A stretch of 64,000 bases of DNA, from assembly GCA_038821645.1 (NCBI GenBank), contig JAWBDT010000002.1:32001-96000 (forward strand), read 5' to 3'. Below, in pieces: positions 21,033 to 31,392 of the stretch; position 1 is the stretch's first letter; the number at the start of each line of letters is the position of its first letter. The notes beneath the pieces were generated by a model. It had not been told where the DNA came from. It did not search any database and saw only the letters and a list, made by a program, of their open reading frames with translations. Source of the DNA: Ignisphaera sp. (GTDB lineage: Archaea; Thermoproteota; Thermoprotei_A; Sulfolobales; Ignisphaeraceae). The translations under genes were made by a program, and so were the position numbers.

Positions 21033-22100
21033 ATGGCCCAAATAAGGGCTTTAGCATTACATATACCTTTTTTTAATGATGATGAGAGTGTTATTGATAC
21101 TATAACTAAGATCATGGATAAGATTTCCGAATGCTTAGGTATTTGTGGTATGGAGCCTTGGACATTACGTTTGATACTTCCTACAGCTACAGACTGTAGA
21201 AAACTATATAGACTGTTACGAGATTTATTTAATGTGTTAAATGATGATATAATGGTGGGTTTAGGTACTGAAGAACATAGAGAATGTATAAATAATATAG
21301 TTCCATTATTAACTACATACCCAAAGCTCTATATGTCTACAAGATGCAATGATGATACATGTATCAAAAAAGTTGTTGATAATGTGTATCTTAGACGTGA
21401 CATTGATATTGATTATAACGTTTATACAAGATTTGCATTGGTTTTTGGTACATGGATTGAAACACCATATTTTCCCGCTACATGCAATTTTAGTAATGTA
21501 CTCGGATTAAGTATTTCATTAAGGTATGTAGATTTGGTTGAAAAAGCTCTTCTTGACAACAATGTGCTAGAATTATTTAAATTTATAGAGGAGTCTAATG
21601 ATAAAGCTATGTGTCTTTCTAAATGCTCTGACATACCATTCATTGGAATTGATTTATCATTATCTCCGTGGATGAACGAAAGTGTTGCAGGATTAATAGA
21701 AAAACTCATAAGAGATAAAATCGGGCATCCGGGAACCGTAAACGCTATATATAGTTTAAATAAATTGATAAACAGAATTATAGATAGACTTAAGCTTCGT
21801 AGTATAGGCTTCAATGAAGTTATGTTACCTGTAGCAGAAGATTCTATATTAAATGAACGAATAAAAAATGGTGATATAAGACTCCGAGACCTGATAAATT
21901 ACTCTTTGGTGTGCGTAGCAGGTTTAGATATGGTCGCTATACCGATTAATACGAATATTCATAGTATAGCAATTGATATGTTAACTATACATAAAATAAA
22001 AAGGAGAAATGTTGCAATGAGAGTAATACCGGTAAATCAAGATCCAACTACCTCAGTAAATTTGAAGATGTTTGGCACAACATATGTCGCAATGATTTGA
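21033..22100 (+). CDS. DUF711 (UPF0210, PFL-like) family protein
   Basis: TPYFP, GIDLSLSPW, GFNEVMLPVAED, SLVCVAGLDMV. Confidence 0.85.
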   Translation: MAQIRALALHIPFFNDDESVIDTITKIMDKISECLGICGMEPWTLRLILPTATDCRKLYRLLRDLFNVLNDDIMVGLGTEEHRECINNIVPLLTTYPKLYMSTRCNDDTCIKKVVDNVYLRRDIDIDYNVYTRFALVFGTWIETPYFPATCNFSNVLGLSISLRYVDLVEKALLDNNVLELFKFIEESNDKAMCLSKCSDIPFIGIDLSLSPWMNESVAGLIEKLIRDKIGHPGTVNAIYSLNKLINRIIDRLKLRSIGFNEVMLPVAEDSILNERIKNGDIRLRDLINYSLVCVAGLDMVAIPINTNIHSIAIDMLTIHKIKRRNVAMRVIPVNQDPTTSVNLKMFGTTYVAMI

Positions 22101-22107
22101 TGATACT

Positions 22108-23136
22108 ATGGTGAAATCATTGGAAACAATATTTCCAGAATTAGAGCAAGGACTACCCCTGCTCCTTAAGAATATCAGAGATAGATTCAACAAAGAGAAA
22201 GATTCTACAGAACAAGTTTTAAAGAGATATAGATGGTATGTAGTAGAAGAAGAAACAGAATGTAGTTGTGCAGCAACGGATTCAAGTTTCTTACTTATAG
22301 AATCTAGAATAGGACATATATATGTCATTCAAGGAGTGGCGGCAGTTTATATAATCCAAGATAATACCATAAAGAGATTAGCTTATAAAATTTTCTCGGA
22401 TGTAGGATTAATTAGTGCTATACCTACGAAGAAAAGCTATGTAGTTAGGAAATCAATTTTCAAGAAAGCTTTAACAAGTTATGCATATATGCTTGAATTA
22501 GAGAATATAGTAGATATTACAAGTACACAAGCAGTTGATATTGTGCTTATTGATGGTTCGTTCATTTCTTTTGCAACAACTAGGATAAGCAAGGAAGCAA
22601 AGACAACTATAGAGAGCGTCAAAGGTGTATATAGTCTAGAATCTATAGAAAATAAAAAGAATGTATACCTTAATGAGTTAAGCAAAAAGAAATATAGCGT
22701 CTTCTTAGCAAAATCATCAAACGCAGGATTCTATACACAAGGTCTATATTCTGATATGTATATTTTAGAGCTTACGAGATTATACAAAATCTATCCATAC
22801 TATAGATCCGGATTTCTAGAACCAGTCAAAATTAATATAAATGCTCTATCAAAAATCATTGATGTTAGTAATATTGGTATTAGTGACATTACTGTTACAT
22901 ACATGAGATTAAGAGATAATGCACCTGTTTACCAAATTTCATTTCCATACGAGATACATGAAGAAGTCATAAAATACATAGCCTCATGTTTGAAGAGATG
23001 GTCGTCTTCTGGTTATCCTGCACCACTAGAGTATGTTCATAGAATCAGTAAGATTCCTAGAAAAAGCCTTATCAATGCCATGATGCTCATAGGAATACCT
23101 ATAATTTCAGGCAGAGAAATAATAGAAATTACCTAA
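22108..23136 (+). CDS. NurA-family nuclease
   Basis: AATDSS, LELE, LIDGS, LAKSS and GYPAPLEYVHRISKI match the NurA motifs. Confidence 0.82.
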   Translation: MVKSLETIFPELEQGLPLLLKNIRDRFNKEKDSTEQVLKRYRWYVVEEETECSCAATDSSFLLIESRIGHIYVIQGVAAVYIIQDNTIKRLAYKIFSDVGLISAIPTKKSYVVRKSIFKKALTSYAYMLELENIVDITSTQAVDIVLIDGSFISFATTRISKEAKTTIESVKGVYSLESIENKKNVYLNELSKKKYSVFLAKSSNAGFYTQGLYSDMYILELTRLYKIYPYYRSGFLEPVKININALSKIIDVSNIGISDITVTYMRLRDNAPVYQISFPYEIHEEVIKYIASCLKRWSSSGYPAPLEYVHRISKIPRKSLINAMMLIGIPIISGREIIEIT

Positions 23137-23142
23137 GTCTTT

Positions 23143-23619
23143 TTAACTACTTATACATCCTATACTGTATAATGTTTCACGAACATAGTTCTCAAAACTG
23201 TTATAGGGAATATAACCGATAACGGTATCCACCAATCTACCATTATGCAGTACTAATGTTGTTGGAGTAGAGTATACATGGAATATCATGGCAATCTCAG
23301 GTACATAGTCTGCATTAACTTCAATAAATACAGCTTTATCTGAATAGACTTTAGCAACCTTAGCAAATATAGGCTTAAATAGCTGACAATAGGGACATAC
23401 TGTCGTAGTTATAAGAACAAAGGCTACTTTACATATTCCTACGGCTTGTATGAATTCATCATACGTACGTACAGAAATGGCTCCTTTACTTAAGTAGGCT
23501 TTGCAACAACTTTTTTCAACTGTTTTAATTTTAGAAACATTCGATGCCATTCCTGATGCAATTCTACTTAGTATTTCGTTTAACTCATCACTTTCATCGT
23601 TAATGTTACTGGTGTACAT
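23143..23619 (-). CDS. thioredoxin family protein
   Basis: CPYC, FIEVNAD, VYSTPT, IGY. Confidence 0.9.
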   Translation of the reverse strand: MYTSNINDESDELNEILSRIASGMASNVSKIKTVEKSCCKAYLSKGAISVRTYDEFIQAVGICKVAFVLITTTVCPYCQLFKPIFAKVAKVYSDKAVFIEVNADYVPEIAMIFHVYSTPTTLVLHNGRLVDTVIGYIPYNSFENYVRETLYSIGCISS

Positions 23620-23851
23620 CAGTCTTAACCACTAACTTAATGTAATACTACTTTAAAAACCTAACTATATTAACAGCTACATTGTGATATTTTACCATAA
23701 TGTATTAATGATCTGACGAGACATTAGATGACTACAACTCAAAAAACCTCGTACTTGGAGTGAGGAAGGAGATTAGATCATATAAGGATATTATATTTTT
23801 AAGCTAAATGATTTACAGAGGTTAAGATCATAAAATTATCTTGGGAGTCTA

Positions 23852-24622
23852 ATGATGAAAATCGATGAGATTACGCATTTCTTGAATATCTTGGATTCTA
23901 TGAATACATTAATCAGTTCTTATGTCGTTGAACATAAGATCTTAGATCTCTCATCTCTAAATAGTAGATATTATATAGCTCTTCATGATGTATTATTACC
24001 AATAGCAATTAAAGATAGTGAAGATGGAATACCTAAAGTTCCACTTATTCCATATACTACAATATATATTCATGAACAAAAGATGTATGCTGTTATAAAG
24101 AGCTATTTCCTGCATAGAAAGTTTAACCACAATTTTTGGACTCATATTCCAGCCATAGACTTGACATCTAATGAAAGTTTACTGATTCTAGTCTCTTCGG
24201 CTTTAGCACATAAAATTGTTCTATCACCTAGCGAGAGAAATATTGTACGTATAATGCCAAGTAATATAAGAACATACATAGATGTGGCTTTAAAAATAAT
24301 TGAAAATTTCAACAATAAGTCTCTTGGAGAATTGAAAATAGATCATCGTCAAGTATTAAACATAATTGAATTCATCTTGTGGCTTAACGAACCTAAAGAT
24401 GATAACTTAAAAGAGATAAGATATCTCAAAGGTATAACTATGAGGGTTTTTAAACTTATATATAACGACTATGAAATAGATTTAAAGAGTTCTACGGCGT
24501 TTTCACCAAGATTTGTGGCTAAGCTTATCTCGATAATACCTAACACTATACTATTGGCTATAGTAAACAATGTAGAGACTGCATATAGAATAGCCCTTAC
24601 AAGTTCTCTACTAGGTAAGTAA
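23852..24622 (+). CDS. hypothetical protein
   Basis: 256-aa ORF with genome-typical codon use; no motif recognised. Confidence 0.65.
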   Translation: MMKIDEITHFLNILDSMNTLISSYVVEHKILDLSSLNSRYYIALHDVLLPIAIKDSEDGIPKVPLIPYTTIYIHEQKMYAVIKSYFLHRKFNHNFWTHIPAIDLTSNESLLILVSSALAHKIVLSPSERNIVRIMPSNIRTYIDVALKIIENFNNKSLGELKIDHRQVLNIIEFILWLNEPKDDNLKEIRYLKGITMRVFKLIYNDYEIDLKSSTAFSPRFVAKLISIIPNTILLAIVNNVETAYRIALTSSLLGK

Positions 24623-24627
24623 CACCT

Positions 24628-25221
24628 TCATCTACTCATTTCAAAATCATTCACTGTTATCAGTATTGCACCTTCATTTAAAAGTTCCTCGATAGCTTTG
24701 GCAATAGATCCTCTTGGAATATCTACTCCTTTAATAGCGTCCATTAAGAGAAAGACTTGATATCCCAGTCTAAGTGCATCTAGTGCTGTAGCCTTTACAC
24801 AATAGTCTGTGGCAACACCACAGATAAATATTCTCTTTACTTCTCTTGATTTGAGTACTTGATCAAGATTTGTTCCTTCAAATCCACTATAGGCTTCTAT
24901 ATTCTCATCATAAGCTTTAGATATAACTAGTACGTCTTGAGGCAATGCTAGATCTGGATGAAACTCTGCCCCCTTGGTTCCCTGAATACAATGTGGAGGC
25001 CAAGGTCCCCCTCGAGATTTAAATGAGATATGGTTTGGCGGATGCCAATCTCGTGTTGCAATAATTACTGCTTTATTTCCTTTAAACATATTTATATAGT
25101 TATTTATTGTTGGTATAATTTCAAGGGCATTGGGTACAGGTAAAGCTCCTCCGGGCATAAAATCATTTTGCATGTCAACGATAATCAAAGCATCTGTAGA
25201 CCGTATTCTGATTATAGCCAT
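24628..25221 (-). CDS. pncA: nicotinamidase/pyrazinamidase
   Basis: ALIIVDMQNDF, DWHP..H, WPPHC, SK, YSGF, GVATDYCV. ATG 25221 is the likely start. Confidence 0.93.
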   Translation of the reverse strand: MAIIRIRSTDALIIVDMQNDFMPGGALPVPNALEIIPTINNYINMFKGNKAVIIATRDWHPPNHISFKSRGGPWPPHCIQGTKGAEFHPDLALPQDVLVISKAYDENIEAYSGFEGTNLDQVLKSREVKRIFICGVATDYCVKATALDALRLGYQVFLLMDAIKGVDIPRGSIAKAIEELLNEGAILITVNDFEMSR

Positions 25222-25609
25222 AGATTGTCTGCACCAATAAATAGTGTATTCTACGACCTTATTAGATTTCATCAATTTTTATTCATAATATACAATTAAT
25301 ATACAATACTGATCATGTACTTAATTAACAAGCGAGAGATAGGATCATAATCTATATATTCTCATTTAAGGTGAATAAGAAATAAAATATTGTTGAAAGC
25401 AAGTGGCAAAGGACGATATTCATATTATAAACGTTACAGCTAAGTTTAATTGTTAATCTGCTTCAGAAATCTTATAGCTGTAACATAACGATCTCATCAT
25501 ATTAAATACATATTAATTCTACTACATTATATTACATAGATGTACAATTTTCAAGATAAATATAAGAATAAGGATCTTGATGACCCTATTAATTATACTG
25601 AATTCTCAT

Positions 25610-26458
25610 TTACTCTGGTAATCTAAAATATAATTCATCTACAATCTTTTTAATGATTTCTTTATCAATTATATAAATATTTTTACAAACTTCCTCTAGG
25701 ATGCTCCGCCTATTATTATTGCGGGAATATTTACCGAAATACCATAGGACAGCATCAATATGTAAAGGAGGTATATAAGAAGTAGCTGCAACTCTATTCC
25801 AGATGTCTCTCACAGTATCAGCTTTTTTCATTATTAATGATATTATGTTCCTATTTAGAGTTTGATTTACAACATCTATCATACTTGATGTATAAGTCAT
25901 GTATGCCACTCTACTATCTACCGGTATAGGTAACTCAAAAGGTAGTACAGATTCTAAGCCTTGAGCTTTATGAAAGTAATAAACAATTTTTATTGAAAAT
26001 ACAACTGTTTTATATTCGTATGATGTTTTTAAGCATTCTGATGTTTTTCTAGCTAACTCTAGATATTGCGTACTAGTAGTGTAGGATAAAACATCAAGAC
26101 ATTTGCCTATCTTCATTATTCTTTTGAGTTTGTTCTCATAAGCATAATTATTGTATCTATATGTAAATTCCTTTATTAAGTTTAGAAGTTGTTGAAGCTC
26201 TTTTAACTTATCACAATTTTTTACAATGAATTCTGTAAATTTTTTCCAAAAATGTTCACCTTTAGTTTTTAATCTATATGCAACTAAGGCGTTAATATAG
26301 AAGGCGTAAATAAGATGATCAGATTTACACATAGATATAGCTTTCATAATATATAGATATTGAGGATCAATATTTTCAAAAATTGTCACTTTTTCAATAC
26401 CTATGGACTTAAACATTTTAGCTACAGATTCAATTCTATCTCTATTAACAATAATCAT
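25610..26458 (-). CDS. archaeal N-glycosylase/DNA lyase (AGOG, 8-oxoG glycosylase)
   Basis: E..DPQY, NALVAYRL..KGE..W, KTVVFSIK, IPVDSRV, IPPLHIDAVLW. Confidence 0.88.
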   Translation of the reverse strand: MIIVNRDRIESVAKMFKSIGIEKVTIFENIDPQYLYIMKAISMCKSDHLIYAFYINALVAYRLKTKGEHFWKKFTEFIVKNCDKLKELQQLLNLIKEFTYRYNNYAYENKLKRIMKIGKCLDVLSYTTSTQYLELARKTSECLKTSYEYKTVVFSIKIVYYFHKAQGLESVLPFELPIPVDSRVAYMTYTSSMIDVVNQTLNRNIISLIMKKADTVRDIWNRVAATSYIPPLHIDAVLWYFGKYSRNNNRRSILEEVCKNIYIIDKEIIKKIVDELYFRLPE

Positions 26459-26710
26459 GTTATTTCACTAATACTTAGATAAGCATCTATTAGCAAAATA
26501 TAAAGTTTACTGAAGAATTGAAGAATGGATCTCAAAATCTATCTTGTGCATTAAGGAAGTAGAATAATCATTATACATAGTAATATCAATATTGTTGTAT
26601 ATCATATATATGTCCTTGATATCAAACTTTGGTATAAATATTTCTATATTTCTATATCAAAACTTTATAATACACTCATCTAATATATTGATATCGTATT
26701 TTTGAGTATC

Positions 26711-26760
26711 ATGATGAAATGTAGCAAATCTGATTGTAATGATGAAGGGCTCTTATCTGA
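26711..26760 (+). ncRNA. box C/D guide sRNA, probable 23S rRNA target
   Basis: ATGATGA-aatgtagcaaat-CTGA-ttgta-ATGATGA-agggctcttat-CTGA; four perfect boxes. Confidence 0.9.
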
Positions 26761-26802
26761 GAATTGAATTAATGTTTAGCATTAGTGAGGAATCTCTATG
26801 AA

Positions 26803-27291
26803 TTATTTGAAGAATTTATCTATGTATTCTTTTAATTTACGCCAAGTTTCATCAAGACTTTCAGGCATAACTTTAGTGTTAGCTATAACTGGCATAAAGT
26901 TTGTATCTCCATACCATCTGGGAACAACATGTATATGTAAATGACCTTCGATTCCTGCTCCTGCGGCTTTGCCTATATTTGCTCCAATGTTAATACCATC
27001 TGGATTATAGTTCTGTCTGATAGCTAATATAATGGTGTTTACTGTCTTTACAAGATCTAAGAGTTCTTCATCAGATAATAGCTCTGGGCTTGGTACATGT
27101 CTTATGGGAGCAATCATTGTATGACCATTATTGTAAGGGTATCGATTAAGCATTGCGATTGTGTACCTAGTTCTGTAAATAACATAGTTATATCTATCAT
27201 CACCTTGTACAGCCTTACAGAAGATACATTCATTATGTTTTGATAATGAGGCTATATAACTTCTGCGCCAAGGAGCCCATAATACATCCAT
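26803..27291 (-). CDS. HIT family hydrolase
   Basis: LWAPWR, CIFC, LNRYPYNNGH, HLHIHVVPR. Confidence 0.93.
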   Translation of the reverse strand: MDVLWAPWRRSYIASLSKHNECIFCKAVQGDDRYNYVIYRTRYTIAMLNRYPYNNGHTMIAPIRHVPSPELLSDEELLDLVKTVNTIILAIRQNYNPDGINIGANIGKAAGAGIEGHLHIHVVPRWYGDTNFMPVIANTKVMPESLDETWRKLKEYIDKFFK

Positions 27292-27354
27292 TTTATATCA
27301 CCATACTCTATACATTAGTTTCATGATTTAGATGCTATCGCTAGTTATATATGT

Positions 27355-28173
27355 TTATATTATCAATAAAGCTAAATGACACGTAACATAAAGAAATATT
27401 GCTATAGAAATCAGCGTAACCATAGGTATTCCCCATGTAACTACAATAGTTGTATCTGGTGGCAATTTTTTTAAGACATTGATCCAGTAAGTATCATCTT
27501 CTTCTACACTAAATGTTAATCTTTCTAAAACATTTGGTATATATATGGGATAATAGAAACGTTTAGCTTGAAGGTTTTTTACTTTGACTATTTTTCCGAA
27601 AAGTATGTAGTGTAACATTTTTCGTAGAGTTATTTGATGCTTTTTCAATTCCTTTACATGTATTATGTTGTAAACAACATTATAAATCATATATGTAAAT
27701 ACAATGAGTGAGTACAATATGAAGATAATAACTATTGGTGGTAGAAAAAGTATCAATAGTAAAGTATCTGAATTACTTAAGTAGTTGAGGTTCTGAGCTA
27801 AAACGAGCAATTCTATATTACTTGGATACATAGATATGAATGCTATAGTGCACAATACATCAGCTCCCCCAATTAATCCTAATACAAATGATAGAACACT
27901 TAATAATAGTATCATTAAGATAGATAATACAATAGATAGATACAAATGAAGTTCTACAAAACTAGTATAGACAATTTTTATGTGGTTTCCAATGTTTTTA
28001 ATTGATGTCACATTTATTGCTATTCCAAATACTATTGGAGGTATCCATACTAAGGGATTGATTTCACGCTTAATCCAGTCACTAAAAGCTGCATAACTAT
28101 ATACTACATAAGACAATATGCATTTCAAGATAACTCCAATAACAACTACATCTAAATCACCAGTAAAGCTCAT
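27355..28173 (-). CDS. A24 prepilin/prearchaellin peptidase (PibD/FlaK-like)
   Basis: Multi-TM protein with SDWIKREI and GLIGGAD catalytic aspartates; C-terminal VTWGIPMV. Confidence 0.85.
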   Translation of the reverse strand: MSFTGDLDVVVIGVILKCILSYVVYSYAAFSDWIKREINPLVWIPPIVFGIAINVTSIKNIGNHIKIVYTSFVELHLYLSIVLSILMILLLSVLSFVLGLIGGADVLCTIAFISMYPSNIELLVLAQNLNYLSNSDTLLLILFLPPIVIIFILYSLIVFTYMIYNVVYNIIHVKELKKHQITLRKMLHYILFGKIVKVKNLQAKRFYYPIYIPNVLERLTFSVEEDDTYWINVLKKLPPDTTIVVTWGIPMVTLISIAIFLYVTCHLALLII

Positions 28174-28279
28174 CTACATCTCCCTATCTCTATCTGCATT
28201 TAGGAGTTAAGCAAGTTTAGAGCCAATGTTAGGGTTTGAGCACAACTGTCAAAGAACACATTAATTTGTTTTTGCGTTT

Positions 28280-29248
28280 TTACTCTGGATCTCTAATACC
28301 TGCTTCTGTAATCACAAATACTGTTTCAATTTCTGGAAGGTGTGGTGCATCAACAATTCTAGCTATTCTCCTGTTTCCTCGACTCTTTTTAAGTTGTACT
28401 CTTATACCAGGTGCGTGATACAGCACATGCCCACCAATAGCAACAGTTGGATCACCATAAAATATATCAGGTCTTGCCATGACTTGATTTGTGATGATTA
28501 CAGCAACATCGTATAGTTCTGCTAATGACATAAGCTGATGTAGATGTTTATTCAGTTTTTGCTGTCTTATAGCTAGGTTTTCTCTTCCTGGATATTCAGC
28601 TCTAAAGTGACCAGTTATAGAGTCTACTACAACTAGACCTATGTTCTCCTTCGGTATCATTTCCTTTAATTCTTCTATTATCGCCATCTGATGATCACTA
28701 TTAACAGCCCTTATATAAAGTATTCCCTCCATAACGGCGTCAGGATTTAAACCTAGGGCTTTTGACATAGACTCTATTCGTTCCCATCTAAAGGTACCTT
28801 CACTATCTATGTATACAGCCTTCTTGCTTAAACCTCCTTTTTCTATAGGGAGTTGAACATTTACTGCTAATTGATGACATAACTGGGTTTTACCGCTACC
28901 AAATTCTCCAAAGAATTCAGTAATTGTTTTTACTTCGATACCTCCTCCAAGTAGATTATCAAGATTGCTACTACCTGTAGTTATTTTTGGAAGGCCAATT
29001 CTTTCTTTCTTTAGTTCTAATGCTGTTTTAAAGCTTAATCCGAGAGCGGCTCTTGCTTGTGAAATGAGTCTTTGAACTGTTGGCAAAGGTATTGCTAAAT
29101 TTTGACTAAGTTCTTGAGCATTTGCTACCGATAGTGCTTCTAAGGTGGTTATACCTACCTCTTGTAATTTCTTCAGTATGGTACTGGAGATACCTAAATC
29201 TTCAAGACTCTTAATCTTTTGTTCGGTCATATAGATTTCACTCTCCAC
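28280..29248 (-). CDS. radA: DNA repair and recombination protein RadA
   Basis: [40 protein letters not shown]; no intein. Confidence 0.97.
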   Translation of the reverse strand: MESEIYMTEQKIKSLEDLGISSTILKKLQEVGITTLEALSVANAQELSQNLAIPLPTVQRLISQARAALGLSFKTALELKKERIGLPKITTGSSNLDNLLGGGIEVKTITEFFGEFGSGKTQLCHQLAVNVQLPIEKGGLSKKAVYIDSEGTFRWERIESMSKALGLNPDAVMEGILYIRAVNSDHQMAIIEELKEMIPKENIGLVVVDSITGHFRAEYPGRENLAIRQQKLNKHLHQLMSLAELYDVAVIITNQVMARPDIFYGDPTVAIGGHVLYHAPGIRVQLKKSRGNRRIARIVDAPHLPEIETVFVITEAGIRDPE

Positions 29249-29437
29249 TAAGTTAGTGATACTAGATAAAAGACCTAATATAGTCTACTGCACCTAGCAG
29301 AAAGTTTTAGCCATTTATTATACAGATGATAGAGTAAACTACAATCTTGGTGAAGTTCTGAAAAATATAAACTTTATAATCACTTCTAATACTATGTAGT
29401 TGTGATCAGGGATTTAATCTATAGATTGGGTGAAGTA

Positions 29438-31297
29438 ATGCGATTACTATTTATTCACGCAAAAATGTTTATGTACAACATTGTTAGTAAAGCTGTAGAC
29501 GAAGCAGACGATATCACAGATGATGTAATTCATGGTAAAGAACTTAATAATGTGTTGGTAGTCTTTACAAGCATTGAATCTAGTGATGAAAAAGCTCCAG
29601 AAATTGTTGTAGAAAAAGCATGTGAAGAGATTCTAGATGTGTATAAGAAAGTTAAAGCTGATTCCATACTTCTCTATCCCTATGCTCATTTATCCTATTC
29701 ACTAGCATCTCCGTATAGAGCTCGAGAAATACTCAATAATCTATATAGATCCTTGCTAAAAAGAAATGTACGTGTGTATAAAGCTCCATTTGGATGGTAC
29801 AAAGAATTTTTAATTCATTGCTATGGTCATCCATTAAGTGAGCTATCAAGACATATTGAAGTAGATCAAGTTATGCAGAAGAAAGTTATAGAAAAGAAAT
29901 TTTATATAATGACACCTAATGGAATGATATACAATCCTGAAGAGTATATATTCAAAGATGAAGAAAAAGAATTCAAGATATTGGTAGATAAAGAAGTCTT
30001 CGGAAAGGAACTTGAAGGGGGAGAGAGCAGAATCAATAAATATTTAAGGAAATTTGGATTCGAATGGGAAGAAATATCAGATAAAGGACATATGAGATAT
30101 CAACCACATGCTACAGTGATTCTTGATGCTGTTTCAATGTATTCATGGATTGTAGCATCATCATTAGGTATACCTGTTTTCAGGGTTAGAGGAACCAATA
30201 TGTTTAGTCTACGAGCTGAACCTGTAAAGCAACATGCAGAACTCTTCGGAGAAAGAATGTATGAAATTACAATGGACAACGAGACCTTAATTCTGAGATT
30301 TGCTGCATGCTATCAACAGTTCTCTATACTAAAGGACTGGACATTAAGTTATAAAGATTTACCTTTGGGTATGTTTGAAGTAGCAGATAGTTACCGATAT
30401 GAACAAAGAGGAGAACTTGTTTTAGGATTTAGATTAAGAAAGTTCCATATGCCTGATTTACACATTCTCACAAGAGATATTGAGGAAGCAAAAAAGGTTG
30501 TTCATATAATTAGAGACAAAATAGTTGAAGAAGCTAAAAAAATTGGTAGGGAGTATCTAGCTATATATAATGTGACTGAGGACTTCTTTAACAATCACCG
30601 TGATTATATCCAAGAACTAGTCAGAAGAGAGGGAAAACCCGTCTTGATAGCAATCTATCCAGCTAATATATATTACTGGGTTATAAACGTTGAATACATA
30701 ATTATAGACGAAATGAAGAGACCTAGAGAAATAGCTACATGGCAGATAGATGTAGGAAACGCTAAACGCTTCAATATATATTACACAAATGAGAATGGAG
30801 AGAAACTACACCCGATAATTATCCATACAGCTTTACTTGGTTCTCTAGAGAGATACATATACATGGTCTTTGATACAATAACTCAGGCTGAAAATAAAGG
30901 TCAAGCCCCCGTGCTACCGTCATGGCTCTCACCTATTCAAGTAAGAATTATACCTGTTAAGAAAGAGCATTTTGAATATTCCTACAAAATAGCACATGAA
31001 TTATTGAGGTATGGATTTCGTGTTGATATAGATGATCGTAATGAGAGTTTAGGTAAGAAAATACGTGAAGCCGGAATTGAGTGGATACCTTATGTTGTAG
31101 TTGTTGGTGATAGGGAAGTTAACACAAATACTATAAATGTTCGCATTAGACGAGACAATGTACAGAAGATCATGACGCTAGACGAACTTATATCTATGCT
31201 TTTAAAAGATATGGCAGGATACCCGATAGTACCATCAGCATTACCATTACTATTATCCCAGAGGCCTACACTATATTATCTTAGACCTATAGAATAA
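29438..31297 (+). CDS. thrS: threonine--tRNA ligase with fused archaeal editing domain
   Basis: MRLLFIHA, YPYAHLS, APFGWYK, GHPLSELSR editing domain; LRFAAC, YRYEQ.GE, FHMPDLH, GSLER catalytic core; anticodon-binding domain. Confidence 0.95.
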   Translation: MRLLFIHAKMFMYNIVSKAVDEADDITDDVIHGKELNNVLVVFTSIESSDEKAPEIVVEKACEEILDVYKKVKADSILLYPYAHLSYSLASPYRAREILNNLYRSLLKRNVRVYKAPFGWYKEFLIHCYGHPLSELSRHIEVDQVMQKKVIEKKFYIMTPNGMIYNPEEYIFKDEEKEFKILVDKEVFGKELEGGESRINKYLRKFGFEWEEISDKGHMRYQPHATVILDAVSMYSWIVASSLGIPVFRVRGTNMFSLRAEPVKQHAELFGERMYEITMDNETLILRFAACYQQFSILKDWTLSYKDLPLGMFEVADSYRYEQRGELVLGFRLRKFHMPDLHILTRDIEEAKKVVHIIRDKIVEEAKKIGREYLAIYNVTEDFFNNHRDYIQELVRREGKPVLIAIYPANIYYWVINVEYIIIDEMKRPREIATWQIDVGNAKRFNIYYTNENGEKLHPIIIHTALLGSLERYIYMVFDTITQAENKGQAPVLPSWLSPIQVRIIPVKKEHFEYSYKIAHELLRYGFRVDIDDRNESLGKKIREAGIEWIPYVVVVGDREVNTNTINVRIRRDNVQKIMTLDELISMLLKDMAGYPIVPSALPLLLSQRPTLYYLRPIE

Positions 31298-31329
31298 TTA
31301 ACTGAAAATGAATTGTAGAATAATAACAG

Positions 31330-31380
31330 ATGATGATCTGTTGCCCACACTGATTTCATGATGATATGAACCTCCTCTGA
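31330..31380 (+). ncRNA. box C/D guide sRNA between thrS and mvk
   Basis: ATGATGA-tctgttgcccaca-CTGA-tttc-ATGATGA-tatgaacctcct-CTGA; four perfect boxes. Confidence 0.9.
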
Positions 31381-31392
31381 AGGTGTAACATA

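Noticed and set aside
23745-23776. AACCTCGTACTTGGAGTGAGGAAGGAGATTAG as a decayed IS200/IS605-type end
   Set aside because: Only a loose resemblance from memory; no tnpA/tnpB remnant or second copy in the window.
25577-25601. TTGATGA...CTGA half C/D motif
   Set aside because: The guide is AT-rich and there is no matching C/D' half; likely chance.
26585-26700. Repeated ATATC / ATATCAAACTTT motifs as an operator array
   Set aside because: Short, irregularly spaced, and expected in very AT-rich DNA.
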